Assembly: GCA_002269645.1 (NCBI GenBank)
Contig: NIVC01000983.1
Coordinates: 248,801-312,800, forward strand
Direction of reading: 5' to 3'
From: Macrostomum lignano
Taxonomy: Eukaryota
Length of the DNA: 64,000 nucleotides
Under the pieces are notes generated by a model that searched no databases, had not been told where the DNA came from, and worked only from the letters and a program-made list of their open reading frames with translations. Numbering within the stretch: position 1 is the first letter of the stretch; every line of letters begins with the position of its first letter. Of the stretch, positions 36,137-50,330 are shown piece by piece. Position numbers and translations under genes: made by a program.

Positions 36137-37876
36137 ATGTTCTACCGAACGTTGCCTTTGCTGCTTCTGCTGCTAGTGGCGTCGATGCTGATAGTTGACA
36201 CCGAGGCCGGCCGCCGGCGCGGTCGTCGCCGAGATCCGCGCGTCTACGATTCCCGACCGTCCGATCTTGATCACGACTACGATGACGACGATGACGATGA
36301 CGATGATGATGACGATGACGATGACAAGGACCACACTCCTGGCTATGACCGGGAGGCTTTCCTTGGTAAGAATGTACTACTCGAAGCTCGTAGCATAGCT
36401 AATTGGCATTGATATTCGGTGCTCTTTCTCCGGCCTTTAAGCACCAATCCTTGAGTCTGTAAGCAGCTCCATTCCTCAGGTCTTTGACCATGATCCAACC
36501 CTCAAGTTTTAAAGCTCTACTTTCTCGTGTTTCTGTATCACCCGACATTACGAGCGTATTCTATTCTAAAGTCCTCGGGACATAAGGTATTATTATGCGC
36601 TCATAATTAAAGTGGCTTTTTCTGAAGATTCGATTAAGGCTTAAAACATTTACTTCTGCCGCAATAAAAACAGGAAGCGAAGGTGCGCGCAAATTTGACG
36701 AAATGACGCCCAATGAGGCCAAGGACGCACTGCTCCAGCTTCTGCCAAAGATTGACCTCAATAACGACACAAAGATCAGCCAAGATGAGCTGCAGAAGTG
36801 GCTGGCAGCTGTCGCTCGACGTGAGAGCCGCCTAGCGTCCGATAAACGCTTCGAGGCAGTTAAGCTATTCAACCATGAGCTGGACGTCAACGCACCGCTG
36901 ACCTTGTGAGAATTGGCTTTGAGTCAGAGAGGTCCCGTTCCGTATTCGAGTTCGTATATAGTACGAACGAGTAAACTTTTAACTTGATACTACTCCCTTG
37001 GTCCCTACTCGTAATTTACATCGCTCCACCCTCCGTTCAATTCACCAGCGACCAATACAAGAAATCCATTCACCATGACATGGTTGGAGGCCAAGGAACG
37101 AACAAGCAGGCCCTTGAAGAGTTCAAAAATCGCACAATGCGCGACCAGGCTCGCTGGGCAAAGGCCGACGCCAACGGCGACCGCTTGCTTAACAAAGATG
37201 AGTTCGCCGACTTTCTCCACCCGGAGGAGTCGCCAAGAATGCGCGACGTTGTCATCCAGGAGGCCATGATCGTTACGGATAAGAACAAGGATGGCAAAGT
37301 TGACTTGAACGAGTTCATGAACGACCTGTACCCTAGCTATGAAGCCGACGTGAAGGCGAAGAAAAAGTTGCCAAATTGGGTGGAGAAGGAGGAGAAACAG
37401 TTTAAGGTGAAGCATTACAGTTAACTTTATATTTACATGCATGACCTTAGGCCATTAATGGTCTGCCGTGAGTGCCGATGTCCGTTCCCAGTCCTTCAAA
37501 GTGCATGGTCTACTACTTCTACATTCATTAATTCGTTTTTCTATTTTTTATCTCAGGAGAAGATCGACGTGAACAAGGATGGCGTTCTTGATCCAGCAGA
37601 GGTGTACAAGTGGATCGTACCCGAAGATTACGATAATTCGCGCAAGGTAGATTTTATTATTATATGTTGTGCGAAAATATGTTTCGAAGCTACTTATCGT
37701 AATAAAAGTCTTCTAAAACGCTATATAATAACTTTGCCTAGGAAACCGAGCACCTGCTGAAACTGGCCGACAAAGACAACGACAAGAGTCTAAGCCGCGA
37801 TGAGATCATGAACAACTGGCAGACTTTCGTCGGGCACAAGCCGGAATCTAGCAGCTCTCACCACGACGAGCTTTAG
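36137..37876 (+). CDS. CREC-family multi-EF-hand ER protein (calumenin/reticulocalbin-like); exons 36137-36365, 36674-36905, 37049-37406, 37557-37646, 37742-37876
   Basis: Signal peptide, YDREAFLG, EF hands (DLNNDTKIS, DANGDRLLN, DKNKDGKVD, DVNKDGVLD, DKDNDKSLS), FLHPEE and a C-terminal HDEL. Confidence 0.92.
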
Positions 37877-39451
37877 GAAGCCAGCTATTGTCTATAGCTG
37901 GTCGGCACTTCGATTTAATAAAGCTGTCTAATCTACTGACAATTATATATTTCTATGTCTGCTCGTTAATATTCAGCCTATTATAAAAGTACTGTTTAAT
38001 GTTTCTTGATTCCAATGCCAATTTGCAGAAGCAAATAGATTTTAGGTAAATTAGTATCATTATAGTGACTAAATAAAAATCATCTAAAATGTCAAATGAA
38101 GACGTCAAAGAACAATTGAACTAGTTAATGTATGCATTCAACAAGCATTACGTTGATAAAGTGAAATGAAAACGTTCTTCTATTAGATATTAAAGCAATA
38201 TAGGATTGTATTTAATTCTTTCTAAATATTGCTGAGCGTAAAGGCATTTTAATATTTTTTGCAGGACTGATTTTAGTCAGATGCGCAGGTTAAATAATAA
38301 AATGAAATTCTAACTGCACAAAAATTCTGCACACCATCAATTACCTACGCTTGGAATCCTTAGAAAAAACAAAATAGCATCCATAAACGCTTACGGGTGA
38401 TTAATTTACTGTGCCGTTAAACAAGTTGAAAACAAAGTGCATCTGGGAGGGGTCGACTGAGCGTTGCTAACAGGCGAAAGCCGTTAGCCAATAGTAATCT
38501 AGCTGGGTTAGCCGGAATAGTCTGCCTGCCGGCCAGGGAGGGAGGTGGGGTTGGGTGGGTTGACTGACCGGCGAGAAAATCGATTCGCTTCACCCACCTC
38601 AGTCAACACTGCACTAAGAGGGCCAGGAGGGGACTGGGTTAAAGAGCCGACTAAAAATCGATAAAAACACATCTACCTCACGCCAGACAGCAGATTAAAA
38701 ACAGATAAGGGAAATTCCGTTACACTTACACTTTGACTGCTAGTTAAGGATTCTAAGACCAAGAAAAGACCTCTCTTTTCTACGAAATAAAGGCAATATT
38801 TCACATCACTGGCTTGGTTAGCTACATTAGCTACATGCATTTTAGCCTCTAATGAAGTTGAGAGTGAACTTTACTAGTTTACACATTTTATAAGTTAAAA
38901 GCAGCTTCAATTAAGAAAAGAATTAATTGCATTTTACCAGATTAATAAGTATACGGCAACACTTCGAAGAAGCTACAAGGCGGAAAATTTTACACACGTA
39001 CAAGCATAAACAGACTAGACTTGAGATATAATTAATGACAAACTCTGCCATGCGGTTTGAGACAGAAGTCTTAGCTTAAACACCGGGAAATCCAACGCTT
39101 GCATCATCCAATGTTTTGAACAGGCTGGTTAAGTCTGGTTAAGCACGTCTGACGGTCCAATCTTACTTACAGAAGGCGAACAAAAGGAAGACAAAAAATA
39201 ATAAAATTAATTATTGACGGCATTCAATTTGAAGCAACTGATAAACAAAGACTAAGTAAAAAGGTAGCTGACACGCCTGACACCGTGGAAAGTAACAGAA
39301 AAGTACGCACATAAGGACTTCAAACCAAAGGACGAAAATTTCGGATGATGATCCCAAGTCGATTTTTTGCTAGGAAAAAATATGCGCACTACACTACTTA
39401 GCGCGCCCAGTAAGTAGCATGTAAGTGCAAAAGTACTACGCTTAGATAATT

Positions 39452-41565
39452 TTAATTGGTCTTTTTGCTACCATTATTAGCGCCGTCGCTTGCCTCCGCA
39501 GTTCCTGTGGACGAAGCCGCCGCCGTCGACGCCACCGCCGGAGTTTTAGTTGTCGACCAGTCGTAGCTGATGACCGGCACAAACGACTCTAAAACCCCGA
39601 CATCCTCAGTGAGATTTGGTAGAAACCAAAAGTGCAGCCGACCAAGACTCAAACACCAGATTAGGCCGAATAAAGGATATCGCAGTAGAGACAGGCTGAT
39701 GAGGCCACCGAGGAGGCAGAGTGCGCCGATTGACAGGTAATAAGTGCCTGACAACAGGGGAATGGGGTTATTAATAATGAATAATGATATCAAATTTCCT
39801 AGAATTTTAAGCTTCAATATTTAACCGAACTTATAAACTGCATTAAGCTTACGGAGCTATCAAGACTACGAATTACAATTACGTATCCTTATAAAATTAA
39901 GGATTGAGATTGAGAATTAGAATAGCTACCTGTGCGCAGTTGGAGGGGCCACATTGGGAACAGGCACAGCAGAATGGAGCCGAGAACCATCAGGAATCCC
40001 AGCACAACATTCCTAGGCCGGGTTGGATCGTAATGCCAGATGTAAACCTCGCCGGCATTTGGCACAAACGCCTGCAACTCGTGAATCTCCAGGCGCGGCC
40101 GGCCGCGCTTTCGTTTCTCTTGGCGCTCGCGGGCGCGCTTCTCGCGCCGTTCGCGGGCCGCCGCGGCTTCGTCATCAACGGCGGCGACTTTCGCGGTCGA
40201 ATCTTCCTTGGATGACTGCTGGTCGGCCTTTTCGATTGCCTTCTCATCGCGCTTGCTGCCGGTCTGAAAATGGGACAGGGGAAATTAACAATGCAGGCCT
40301 TCAATAACTACCTAGATAAATAATTTAAGGCCTTAAACGACTGTCACCGTCTACTTAATATCTAATCTGCCTTAAGTGAGTCAAATTAATATTCCCATCT
40401 AGTCTACTTTCCTGATCCGCTTTGATAAATTCTACTTTATATCCCAATCTAATCATTATCTCCACTCTACATCCCCATTTACTCATTATCCCCATTCTAA
40501 ACTCTAATCTACTCATTATCTTTATTCTAAACCCCAATCCACTCATTATCTCCATTTTAAACTCCAATCTACTCACTATCTTCATTCTAAACCCCAATCT
40601 ACTCATTATCTTCATTCTAAATCCGAATCTACTCATTATCTTCATTCTAAACTCCGATCTACTCATTATCTTCATTCTAAATCCCAATCTACTCACTATT
40701 CTCTATTCTAAACCCCAATCTACTCACTATCTTCATTCTAAACCCCAATCTACTCATTATCTTCATTCTAAATCCCAATCTACTCATTATCCCTATTCTA
40801 CATCTTAAACAACTCATCATCCCCATTCTACACCCTAATATACTCATTATCAACGGTCGATATCCCAGTCATACTACACACACACGGGGACGGGGTGTAC
40901 AGCGGCCATGAGTTTCTTATCCTCAGAAAAGTACAGTCAAAACACCTTAAGAGGTTGGTCGTCATGAGTAGGAATCTCTAATCACACGAGAAGCTACAGG
41001 CACAAAATGCACAATCATTGTGAACGATTGGAATATACGGATTATAAACGCGTTACATCAGAGCTACTTTGCCCCTCACAAAAAAAACTAAAACATATTC
41101 ACTGTTGCAGGCTCTTTATCAACAGGGAAGCACAAGCAATCATTTTTTACCTCCTCCCCTAACAGATGAGGCTAAGATTTGCTTCTCTGCCCTCCTCTGC
41201 ATAAGCCTCACCTTATCCTCGCGCCTGCTCGATCGCTTGTCTTTTTGCAATTTCAACGCCCGCTGGAACAGACCCTTGGCCAGCAGGGTCGACATCAGCT
41301 GGGTCGCCGCTCTGGCATCCTTGATCACCGCCTCTTTGCCGTCCTTTCCGGGCGAGGCGAATCGCGATTTAAGCAGAAATTCAATAGCTTCATCGGCTAG
41401 AAATATTCCAACTTTCATGCCGGCTAGTTTCCCCTCCTTGCTAGGCAGTTCCCATAGCAACGCCTTGGCAACGGCCTCTTCGTCGGGCGTGAGTTTGCAG
41501 GGATCCTCAGCGGCATCAATGGCAGCTGATTTTCGCTTGCTTTTGCGCTTAGCAACCTCCGACAT
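39452..41565 (-). CDS. SEC62: Translocation protein SEC62; exons 41565-41212, 40263-39930, 39747-39452
   Basis: GMKVGIFLADEAIEFLL, YIWHYDP, two transmembrane helices, CLFPMWP, YYLSIG, FWFLPNLTEDVGVLESF.P..SY. Confidence 0.93.
40400..40860. repeat. 30-bp minisatellite (CTACTCATTATCTTCATTCTAAACCCCAAT) in SEC62 intron 1
   Basis: About 14 units. Confidence 0.92.
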
Positions 41566-42522
41566 GGCTGATTTTTTAGCTGTCACTCAGCTGTCTGATA
41601 GCTGGCTTCTTGGTTGAATAAAATTTATTGTATTTTCTGCAGGATTTGTTTTATTGCAGAGCACACAATTAAATGATGGGATTAACAGTTTGGTCTCATA
41701 AATAATGCTGTAGGCCCTAGTATCTATGCAATTATGTTGCTAATGGTAAACAAGGTGGATATATGCCTTTATGGATCTTCACTTACTGGCAGATCTAGGG
41801 GGTTAAAGGAGTCAGCTGACTCCTCAAGAATAATATTGGGTCTACTAATGCTATTACTACTTTTTAGCCTATACTGTGAACATTTCCATATTTACCAAGG
41901 CTTAAAATTTTGTTTTTTAAAGGAAGAGACCACTAATTTATAAGCAATGCCATCATGTTTTGTTTTATTAATGAATATAATGTTTAGATACATGGAATAT
42001 TGGTGAACTATGAATTGAACAGTTGTTAGAAAATTTTAAATAAATATATAGGGTATAGTTTATAAGTTGCAACCATGTTAAAAGAAAATAGCTAACATTA
42101 AAAAGGACAAAATTGCAAGAAACTAGCATTTGCATATTTTGCTTTTATATTCAATTGGATTTTTTTTGGTTTTTCTACATTGCATTTTTATCAATATAAT
42201 GCTAGCCAACTATAAATCTTAGCTATTTCTATACAAAAATACATTAAGGATATAAATTTTAGTGTTCCACCATAAGGAGGTTCCATGTGCCATAGCCATA
42301 GCTGTAACTGTAAGCAAAACTATGGCTTATTCCAATTCTCCATATTCTATAGCCATAGAGACCCCAATATTATCATATTCCATAGTTCCCATAGCCATAG
42401 CCATAGTCTTAAAAAAAAGTCTAGGAAACAAAATATTTTGAACCAGGAAGATAACCTGGCACTTAAACAATTGCAAAAATAAGGTACAAAATAAAACAAA
42501 AACTTGATTGCCTTTGTAAGAT

Positions 42523-42813
42523 CATACATGCCCAACCTCCAAAATTTGGTCAGCCATACAACTTAGTTTTAACAAAAATATGACGTAGTTTTTGGCCAAA
42601 AATGCAACTTACATGTAAAAAAACCCTAAAGCAAAATTAATGCAATTTGGGTAAATGGCAGAAGTAACTATAACTGTCTTATTAAGCCAAAATGCCTTGT
42701 CAGCTACTTAGTACTACTACTACTTGGTTATTTTTTCGGGTGGGCATTTTTGCGACTTCCTTGGTTGGCTGCCAAATTGGTCGGCTAGATTGGTCAACTG
42801 TTGCGCATGTATG
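42523..42813. mobile_element. P-type MITE, CATACATGCGCAAC family (CpG-decayed copy)
   Basis: TIRs, 8-bp TSD TGTAAGAT, colinear with 46939-47236. Confidence 0.88.
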
Positions 42814-44568
42814 TGTAAGATTATATTTCATCTTTTTACAGAGTAACAATACTTAATCACTACTGAAAGTACTACTGCTGAACTTTTTCACATTAATAAA
42901 AGTTAGGGTTTGCAAATGTTTTGTTGTACTTTATTAGGTGTAATTTATAAGTTTCTAAGCCTAATATAGTTTACCAAAGTATCTTTGTTTTACTCTACCT
43001 GTTTCTAATACTTTTTTAATTTTTTTAAATTAATAACTATAGCTATGGGAATCTATGGAATATGACAGCAACTACCCTATTTTCATAGTTGTAGCCATAA
43101 GAGCAGCTATCTACCATAGGCATATCTGTAGTTGCCATAGGCACCTATTTTACCATATTTGCCATAGGATCCTGTAGCCATAGTTGTAGCTATGGTAGAA
43201 AAGTAATAAATTTGCTATTACTATTATTGCTAAAAAAGTGAAAACCTATACAATTGATCAAATCTATACTGGATTGCTTTAAGACTTAAGAAGTTTGGTA
43301 GTGTTACTAAGGCATGCATAAGTCAAAAAAGAGCTGTGACTGCCTATGAGAACTGAGAATATTGCTAACAAGGTTTGAGCCTAGGTGCATTGCAATTCAG
43401 TGACTAATAAGAGTAATAGCCAAAGAGATGCAGCTTTTAGAAAAGTCTATGAGGCAAATGAGAGATCAGAGAAGATAGGCTCTAAGTCTTCTCAAAGTCT
43501 GATCCAATGCTTTAAGAGAAAAGTGCAAGTCTTAAACAAGGAAACAAGATAGAAATGCCACTTTTGCATCTAAGTTCTATATTCTATATTTCAAGATGCA
43601 AAACCAATCATTTTACTGATAAAAAGATTTCATATTAGGTCATCATTTCAATGTGCAAAATGATAAGGCCATCAAAAATGCAAACAATATTTTTAATCAA
43701 GAGTTTATATAAGAAAGAGCAAGAAGGCTAGAGCCAAAGGTTTGGGCTAATATAGCAACTGATGAACAAAATAATACTTGTGATCATTGGCAAAAATAGA
43801 CTGAAGATCAATGCTAATATCCATATTGCACAATTAGTATTAGACTTATTTCTACCATGGGCAAAATAATTTTATTGGCCTAGAATTTCTCATATAAATT
43901 TAAAAGGATAATTTTTCATATAAATATCTTATAGTAATTATCATCCAGTCTTTTTATGATCTAAATATTTAGACCCTATTTATTGTTATTAGTAGTATAT
44001 AAAAATGCATTCTTTCAATTTTATTATCTAGAAAATTATTGAAATTGGGCAGGCCAATGATTCCTAATATTTAACATATTAAGATATTTACTTGCATATT
44101 ACTAATAGTAGGCCTAATACTTATTTATTTACATATTTCATACCACATTATGAGTTAGAATAATGGTCAGAATATTCCAAGTTAGAAAAAGTTTAAGAGG
44201 TTCAATACTATTATAGACAAGAATAATTTATAAAACAATTAGTATTAGTACTACTATTAATAGGCCAGGCCTAACACTTGCACAAATCAAACCATGTATA
44301 ATTTTATAACTTTTTTTGCAATTGTCTTTATACAAAAGAAAAATATAAGATTTTTAAACCATAAGTTTTAGCATTTTTTTGCAAAAAATCTAAAAAGCTA
44401 GAAACTATACAACTGAGTATTTTGCTATACAAAAACTACTAGGCCTACACAAACACTACATCTGCATTTTATATAAGTTTATTTTAGTTTATAATGTATA
44501 CCTATAATAATTTTTTTATATAAGTATTACAATATTTTACTATTTTACACAAAATTTTGTGTACAGAC

Positions 44569-45158
44569 AAGTGATGGATTCGAATATTTAGATTTGGATT
44601 CTGAATCCAAAAGTCTCACTTTTTTAGAAATCCAAATGTTTTGGATTTGGAAATTTTATTTTCCTGAATTTCCAAATGTGCTTTCAAATGCATTCAACCT
44701 AAAGTGGCAAAAACATTTAATCGCAGCAATCATTGTTTAAGTGTAATCATCACTTGAACTTTGTGCATGCACTACTATACACGGTAAAGTTATCAAATTG
44801 CACAAACTTAATGTCAGTTAGTAAATTAGTAGGCCTAATGCTAATTGGAATTAGTTAGATTAGATATATAAGAATTGAGTTCAATTTTAAGTTTAATTTA
44901 ATTCAGATACTAGCTAGATATAGTATAAGCCCGAGATTAGCTTAAATCTTGTCACTAAATTAATGTACAGGTACAGCACTAATACAATTACTAATTAGAT
45001 GACGAAGCATTTTCGTGACTGAAAGGTGTCAAAGTACTCCCGCCGTTTACCTTTTACTCTTGTCTACATTCGGATATTCGAATTCGGATTCAGAATTTTT
45101 TGTACATTCGGATTCGGTTCGGAAACTTGCAAAAATCTATATATTCGGTCCATCACTA
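44569..45158. mobile_element. hAT-like MITE ((T/A)AGTGATGGA termini, TTCGGA/TTCGAA subterminal repeats)
   Basis: TIR AGTGATGGATTCGAATA versus TATTCGGTCCATCACTA, with a perfect 8-bp TSD GTACAGAC. Confidence 0.8.
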
Positions 45159-46938
45159 GTACAGACTACATAGGCCTAGAAATCTTTAGATCCTCAAAAT
45201 ATTAGGACAGATATCATTTCTGGAATGATTTTATGAGGAATCAAGAACTAAAAGTTTTAATGGTCAATGGTGTAGGTTTAATAGATACCATTTAAAAATT
45301 CAGGTGACAAGAGTGTCAAAACCTTATATTGGTTTTGACAATACTACAGGACACTAAGTTGTTTCTTCGAAAGAAGTTGTTTAAACCACGTAAAGAAATA
45401 GTTTACTCTAAAGTTGCCTAAATTTTTGTAAAAGTAAAAATGCTTTTAATTGCAATGTAGGTTTTGCTTTTTTGTAGATAGCTGTGTATTTTATATTACA
45501 TTTTTTTGTTTAAAATGTAGTGCGATTATAACTTTTTTAAAACTGTTGAAAGTAAATTTTAATTCCTTTAAAAATACAATAAATGAAGCATTTTAAAAGA
45601 TTTAAATTAAGAAAGAGCGTTTAAGAAAGGAAGCGTTTTAAAATAGTGACTAGACAAATAACAACGTTGTTTGGTTATTTGTCCAGTTATTGGATAAATA
45701 GACATGTTTGACTACCCTATTCCTCGGTCTCGTTAATACCAGACAAATAGGCATTTTGTTATCTAATATCTATCTAATAAAAGTTGATAGGCATAGGGCC
45801 TAACAATAATTATCTATTTTACAATGAATAGGCCTTGTTACTAGAATTTATAGACTTCTTAGAAACCTACTCGAATCTTGATTATTTTATTGTTATACTA
45901 GGGCCTACAACTACTTAGAATTAGATAAAGTATGCCTTAGGAATTAATAGAAGTATGCCCCTACTCAGCAATTAATTAGTCTTTACTTAATTTTTTGGCA
46001 GTTGTTATTGTTACGGTGACCATACAAATAACAAAACGGTTATTTTTATGGTTAACGCATAAGACACTATGCGGGCCTATGGTCTTTACTTAGGCCTAGG
46101 CCTAATGTAACCGTATAAATATCAAAACTTTTACTTTTATGGTCATTGTAGGTAAGAAGCAAAATGGCTATTTTTATGGTCATGTGGAAAAAGTTTCTGG
46201 TAAATTACAAGGTGATAGTTAACAATTACCTATAAAATAAGCTACCATGACAAGAACCACTAGAAGTTACTATCATATTTATTAATAAAATGTTTCTTTA
46301 TTTTTTAAATTTAACCATCATAGTATTTGCACAGAAAGTTTGTCACTTCATTTAGATGGTATTTGTTTTAAGTGTTAACTGTAAAAATAACCCTCTCGCT
46401 ATTTATATGCCATAGTCAGGAAGGTGTCCTATATGCTGGAAAATTCCAGCGTGCATTTACATTAGATAAATTTTGGCATACATTATTGGTGTGCAAATTT
46501 TGGTATACCAAAATGATTGGCGTACCTATTGGATAGCATCCTTGTACGCCGTACAAAGGGTTATTGTTCAAATTGCTTTGTTGTGTCATGATAATACAAT
46601 ACTGAAATACGTGAAGTCAAAAAAATTGATATTAAAAATCTTTTTTAGTTATCTTACTTTTTTAGAATTTTATGCTCAAAGGAAAATTTATTTATAAAGT
46701 AAATTTGCAAATATAATCTAAAACCCCCTCGCTTTTAATTAGTACAATTTTTACTTTGTTTATTAACACCCATTTTCCACTATAGTTTAAAAAATATTAA
46801 TCGCAATTTTTTAATAGCGATTTATTACCGAATTTGGCCTACAATTTGGCGTACCTGTAGAGTTTGGAAAATCGAGTTCCGAAAGATTGGCGTACATCAG
46901 CCTGCACATGAAGCCTTTCCTCGGCGTACATTCCAGGG

Positions 46939-47236
46939 CATACATGCGCAACCTCCAAAATTCGGTCAGCCGTGCGACTTAGTTTTAACAAAAATGCGAC
47001 GTAGTTTTTGGCCAAAAATGCGACTTACATGTAAAAAAACCCTAAAGCAAAATTAACGCAACTTTGGGTAAACAGCAGGAGTAACTATGACTGTATTATT
47101 AAGCCAAAGTGACTCGTCAGCTACTTAGTACTACTACTTGGGTATTTTTTCGGGTGGGCATTTTTGCGACTTCCTTGGTTGGCCGCCAAATCGGTTGGCC
47201 AGATCGGCCAACTCGGCCGACTGTTGCGCATGTATG
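46939..47236. mobile_element. P-type MITE, CATACATGCGCAAC family
   Basis: Perfect 14-bp TIR and 8-bp TSD TTCCAGGG. Confidence 0.9.
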
Positions 47237-47802
47237 TTCCAGGGTGTATGGGACACCTTCCTGACTATGGTTTATACGGTCATTGTAACAATAGCAACAG
47301 TAATTTTTTTTGCAAAAGTAAAAAAATATAAGCAAATTAAGGTTTTCTTGTATTTTTAAATAGGCCTATATTGGCCTACAATATATAGTCAACATATAAA
47401 ATGAAAACTCTATGTGTATGTATACAAATTATTGTGCTATAGACTCTTAATATATCCTTAACTACTTTAAAATGAATTATATCAAGTTTTGCACCCACCC
47501 TAAGTAGGTCTAGGGACTTAGTGAGATTTTGAAAGTTGAAAATAATGCAGAAAAAATGAAAATTCCTAAAACTTTTTCAATTCAATGTTGAACTGGTTTT
47601 ATAAAAGGCCACACTTAGAGACATGGCGACTATGTCTAAAATGTAGAAACTTATAGACATGGCCACCATGTCTATAAGTATTTGCATTATAGACACAGCC
47701 GCTATGTCTATAGGTATGGACCTAGTCACTATTAGAGACATGGCCGCTGTGTCAATGAAACTTATACAGCAGCCATAGTCCAGAAGAGGGGTGGTATGCC
47801 AG

Positions 47803-47978
47803 CATACATGCGCAACCTTGGGAATCACTCGGCCATTTCTATTGGCAACACACACATGTAAGTTGCTATTGGCTGAGAGCAGTCACGTGACTACTATTCC
47901 GTCCAATAGCCACTTACATGTGTGTATATGTTGCCAATAGAAATGGCCAGGTGAATCCCTAGGTTGCACCCAAGCATG
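47803..47978. mobile_element. P-type asymmetric-ended MITE (copy of 5335-5506)
   Basis: High identity to 5335-5506; TSD TATGCCAG/TACGCCAG. Confidence 0.82.
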
Positions 47979-49989
47979 TACGCCAGATTAATCCGGCATA
48001 CACTCACAACTTTTAGCATATACTTGGCATACAATTTTTTACTTTTTGAAATCTGGCATACTTATCTGGTATATAAAAATGCTTATTCAAAAAGTGGCAT
48101 ATATGTTCCTGTAGTTGCGGAATCAAATTAAATAGTCTAAGAAAATAGTGTGCATGCAATTAATAGAATCATGCAAGAGTTCATGAAAAGTACAAAAAAC
48201 ATAAAACAAGTTCATTTTCAAGTGTAAATTTCAAGGCTTCTAGGTTTTGAGAGCTCATAATAGAAAATTTAAACAAATCTTTGCATGTATTAAGTTTTGC
48301 CTATAAATAATATCAGCAAAAAAGCAAAAGTATCAATTATATTATTAGCTCAAAAGGGTTACTTTACACAATTTAAGAGAATAACATACATTGTCGCAAC
48401 ATAAAAAAGGTCATTTATTGTTGCAACACCAGGGTGGATTTGAGAGTGAGCGTGCACTCAAACTTTGGCGTACACTGGCATACCAAAAAATTGAGAGAGA
48501 TTTTAGTCCGGTGTACATTCAGGGTGTTCTGAACTATGGCACAGCAGCCATGTTGTTAATATTGAATGGGTTCACACTTAGAAACACTGTGGGTGGCCAT
48601 GTCAAATATTGGAGCTTATAGGCATGGCTGCTATGCATGTATATAATCATTGATTGGATAAAAAGATCAATCAATTGAAAAGTCTAAGATTTTTATTTGA
48701 AATTAAAAAAATAAAATTTTATAAATTTTTAATAGTAACAAAAAAAATTTAAAGTGCAGCCACAATTATTTATTTGTAGCTACTGAAAAAGAAATATTTT
48801 TTCAATATATATTGGCCCCACTTTAAGATTCAGTATTTTTCTAATTAAAAAATGAATTTAATTTAATTTATTCATTATTTTATTTTAATTAAAAAACTTA
48901 GAAAGTTCAAGACAAAAAAATCTATTTGCTAGAAAAATTCAAATTAAAAAAAAAACCTCCAACCACTTGGTATTTGAACCTTGCTACACACAATCACAAG
49001 GCAATCATCTTATCCACTAAGCCACCATTTGATTGTGAGAGAGCCTTATAGAACATGCATTTTATATCGATGATTATAGCTGTGCCTATAAGCTCAAATA
49101 TTATAGACACGGCTGCCATGCCTATAGTACTCCATTTATAAAAATACAAAATATGTATAAGAAACTAGAAAAATATATCTTTCAAATGAAATAACTCCTA
49201 AGCAAAAAAATTATATGTTCTAGGAGTAGTGATCATTCAAACATTATACATTTTTCCTATACACATAAATTGGTACCACAAAATACTATGGCAATCACTA
49301 AAAAGGACTTTAAACGGATTCATTTTTCACACTAAAAGGGCCATTTAAACAAAGTTTAATGATAGAAATGCAAAGTTAGATAGTTAAAGGTCCAAAAAGT
49401 GCTTTTGCAGAAAAAAATTATTGTTCTTATTTGGCTCATGTAAAAATTTAAAAATTGAATAACTTTTTTATTGCATTTTGCATGATTCTAAATGCTGTTT
49501 TTAATGCACCTTTACAAAATGAACACATGAAAAACTGTTTGTTTGTGTGTCTTTTCACTTAAAAGTTATCAAGCTTTCTTTAGGCACATTTTTTGCCTAT
49601 ATCCGCCATGTATTTTTTATCTAAGAACTGAAAATTGGTTTTTTTATAGATGACTTCATTTTGCAAACTTTTTATATATTGTCTTTAAGAAAGTATGATC
49701 AATAAACACATTTTTTAGCAACATCCGCTTTCATTTTAAATGTCTCACTTCTTTGCAATAATGATTTTTTTATTTTTGGTGAACATGAGCATTTGCACTA
49801 CTCCTACTTATGCAGAAAAAAATATACAGATTTATTATTCTACATGCCATTTCTTTAATGCATTTGAATATATTATAGATAAACTATTAACCAATGTGAC
49901 TTAGCAAACATCAACCCTCCTACCTGGCCTAGGCAAATAGACAAACCCTCTAGCCAATCAGAATATAAGAATACTAACTTGCATACAAG

Positions 49990-50330
49990 CTGCAAAAACA
50001 ACAAGGAGAACATAGAAAAATAAAAAGAGAAAAAAGAGAAATTATTAAAGAAGAAAAATGAGAGATGAGAGAGAAGAGTGGTCAGGGAAGAGATGAGAGA
50101 AGAAAGGAAAAGAGGAAAAGAAAGAGATAAGAATAAAGATGAAAAGGAAAATAAAAAAGAATAGAAAAGAAATGAGATAAAACAGATAAAAGAGAGGAAA
50201 GATGAGAGAAGGTATATAAGAGAAGGAGAGAAGAGGGACAAAGGCAAAAAGAGGAAACAGAAAAGAAGATAAGTTTTGAAGGATCCAAGGGATATAAGAA
50301 GAATTAGAGGCAGAAGCCAAAGTTTGCCAA
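49990..50330. repeat. Polypurine (A/G) low-complexity tract
   Basis: Nearly all A/G on the + strand; this explains the hydrophobic pseudo-ORFs at 49873-50379. Confidence 0.85.
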
